The notes under the pieces: model-generated
Databases searched by the model: none
Told to the model about the DNA's origin: nothing
The model's input: the letters and a program-made list of their open reading frames with translations, nothing else
Position numbers and translations under genes: made by a program
Shown: one piece after another, positions 63,959 through 64,000 of the stretch
Layout of the letters: each line of letters begins with the position of its first letter
Position numbering within the stretch: the first letter of the stretch is position 1
NCBI GenBank assembly: GCA_964252035.1
Contig: OZ176211.1
From: Podarcis erhardii
Taxonomy: Eukaryota
DNA: 64,000 nt
Direction: 5' to 3' (one strand)

Positions 63959-64000
63959 GGGGAAGGGCTATAGCTCAGTGACAGAGCATCTGTTTTGCAT
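63959..64000 (+). mobile_element. tRNA-derived SINE head cut by the window edge
   Basis: gggaagggctatagctcagtgacagagcatctgttttgcat, close to the 21121 copy. Confidence 0.65.

Noticed and set aside
47940-64000. miR-489/miR-653, known CALCR intronic miRNAs
   Set aside because: No mature-sequence match was seen. They lie in a more 5' intron, outside the window.

Overview
Vertebrate genomic DNA, most likely from a squamate (lacertid-like) lizard, inferred from the Sauria-type SINEs and other reptile repeats. Two genes converge tail-to-tail. VPS50/syndetin (+ strand) contributes its last six coding exons (10674-18423) and 3' UTR. CALCR (calcitonin receptor, - strand) contributes its last three coding exons (62587-62369, 57856-57815, 47939-47718) and 3' UTR. 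All nine exons have GT-AG boundaries and join in frame. The rest is intron and about 27 kb of intergenic DNA rich in SINEs, Tc1/mariner-pogo and hAT MITEs with intact target-site duplications (TSDs), LINE fragments, microsatellites and one 128-N gap. Most of the short ORFs in the track are noise. The most notable signals are: two inverted Penelope-like terminal repeats, one with complete minimal hammerhead-ribozyme motifs on both strands and one forming a perfect 94-bp palindrome; an L1 nested in a MITE; a MITE family with an evolving internal minisatellite; a 3'-truncated SINE with a TSD; and a candidate 33-nt poison exon in VPS50. Repeat family names come from recall, not a database search.
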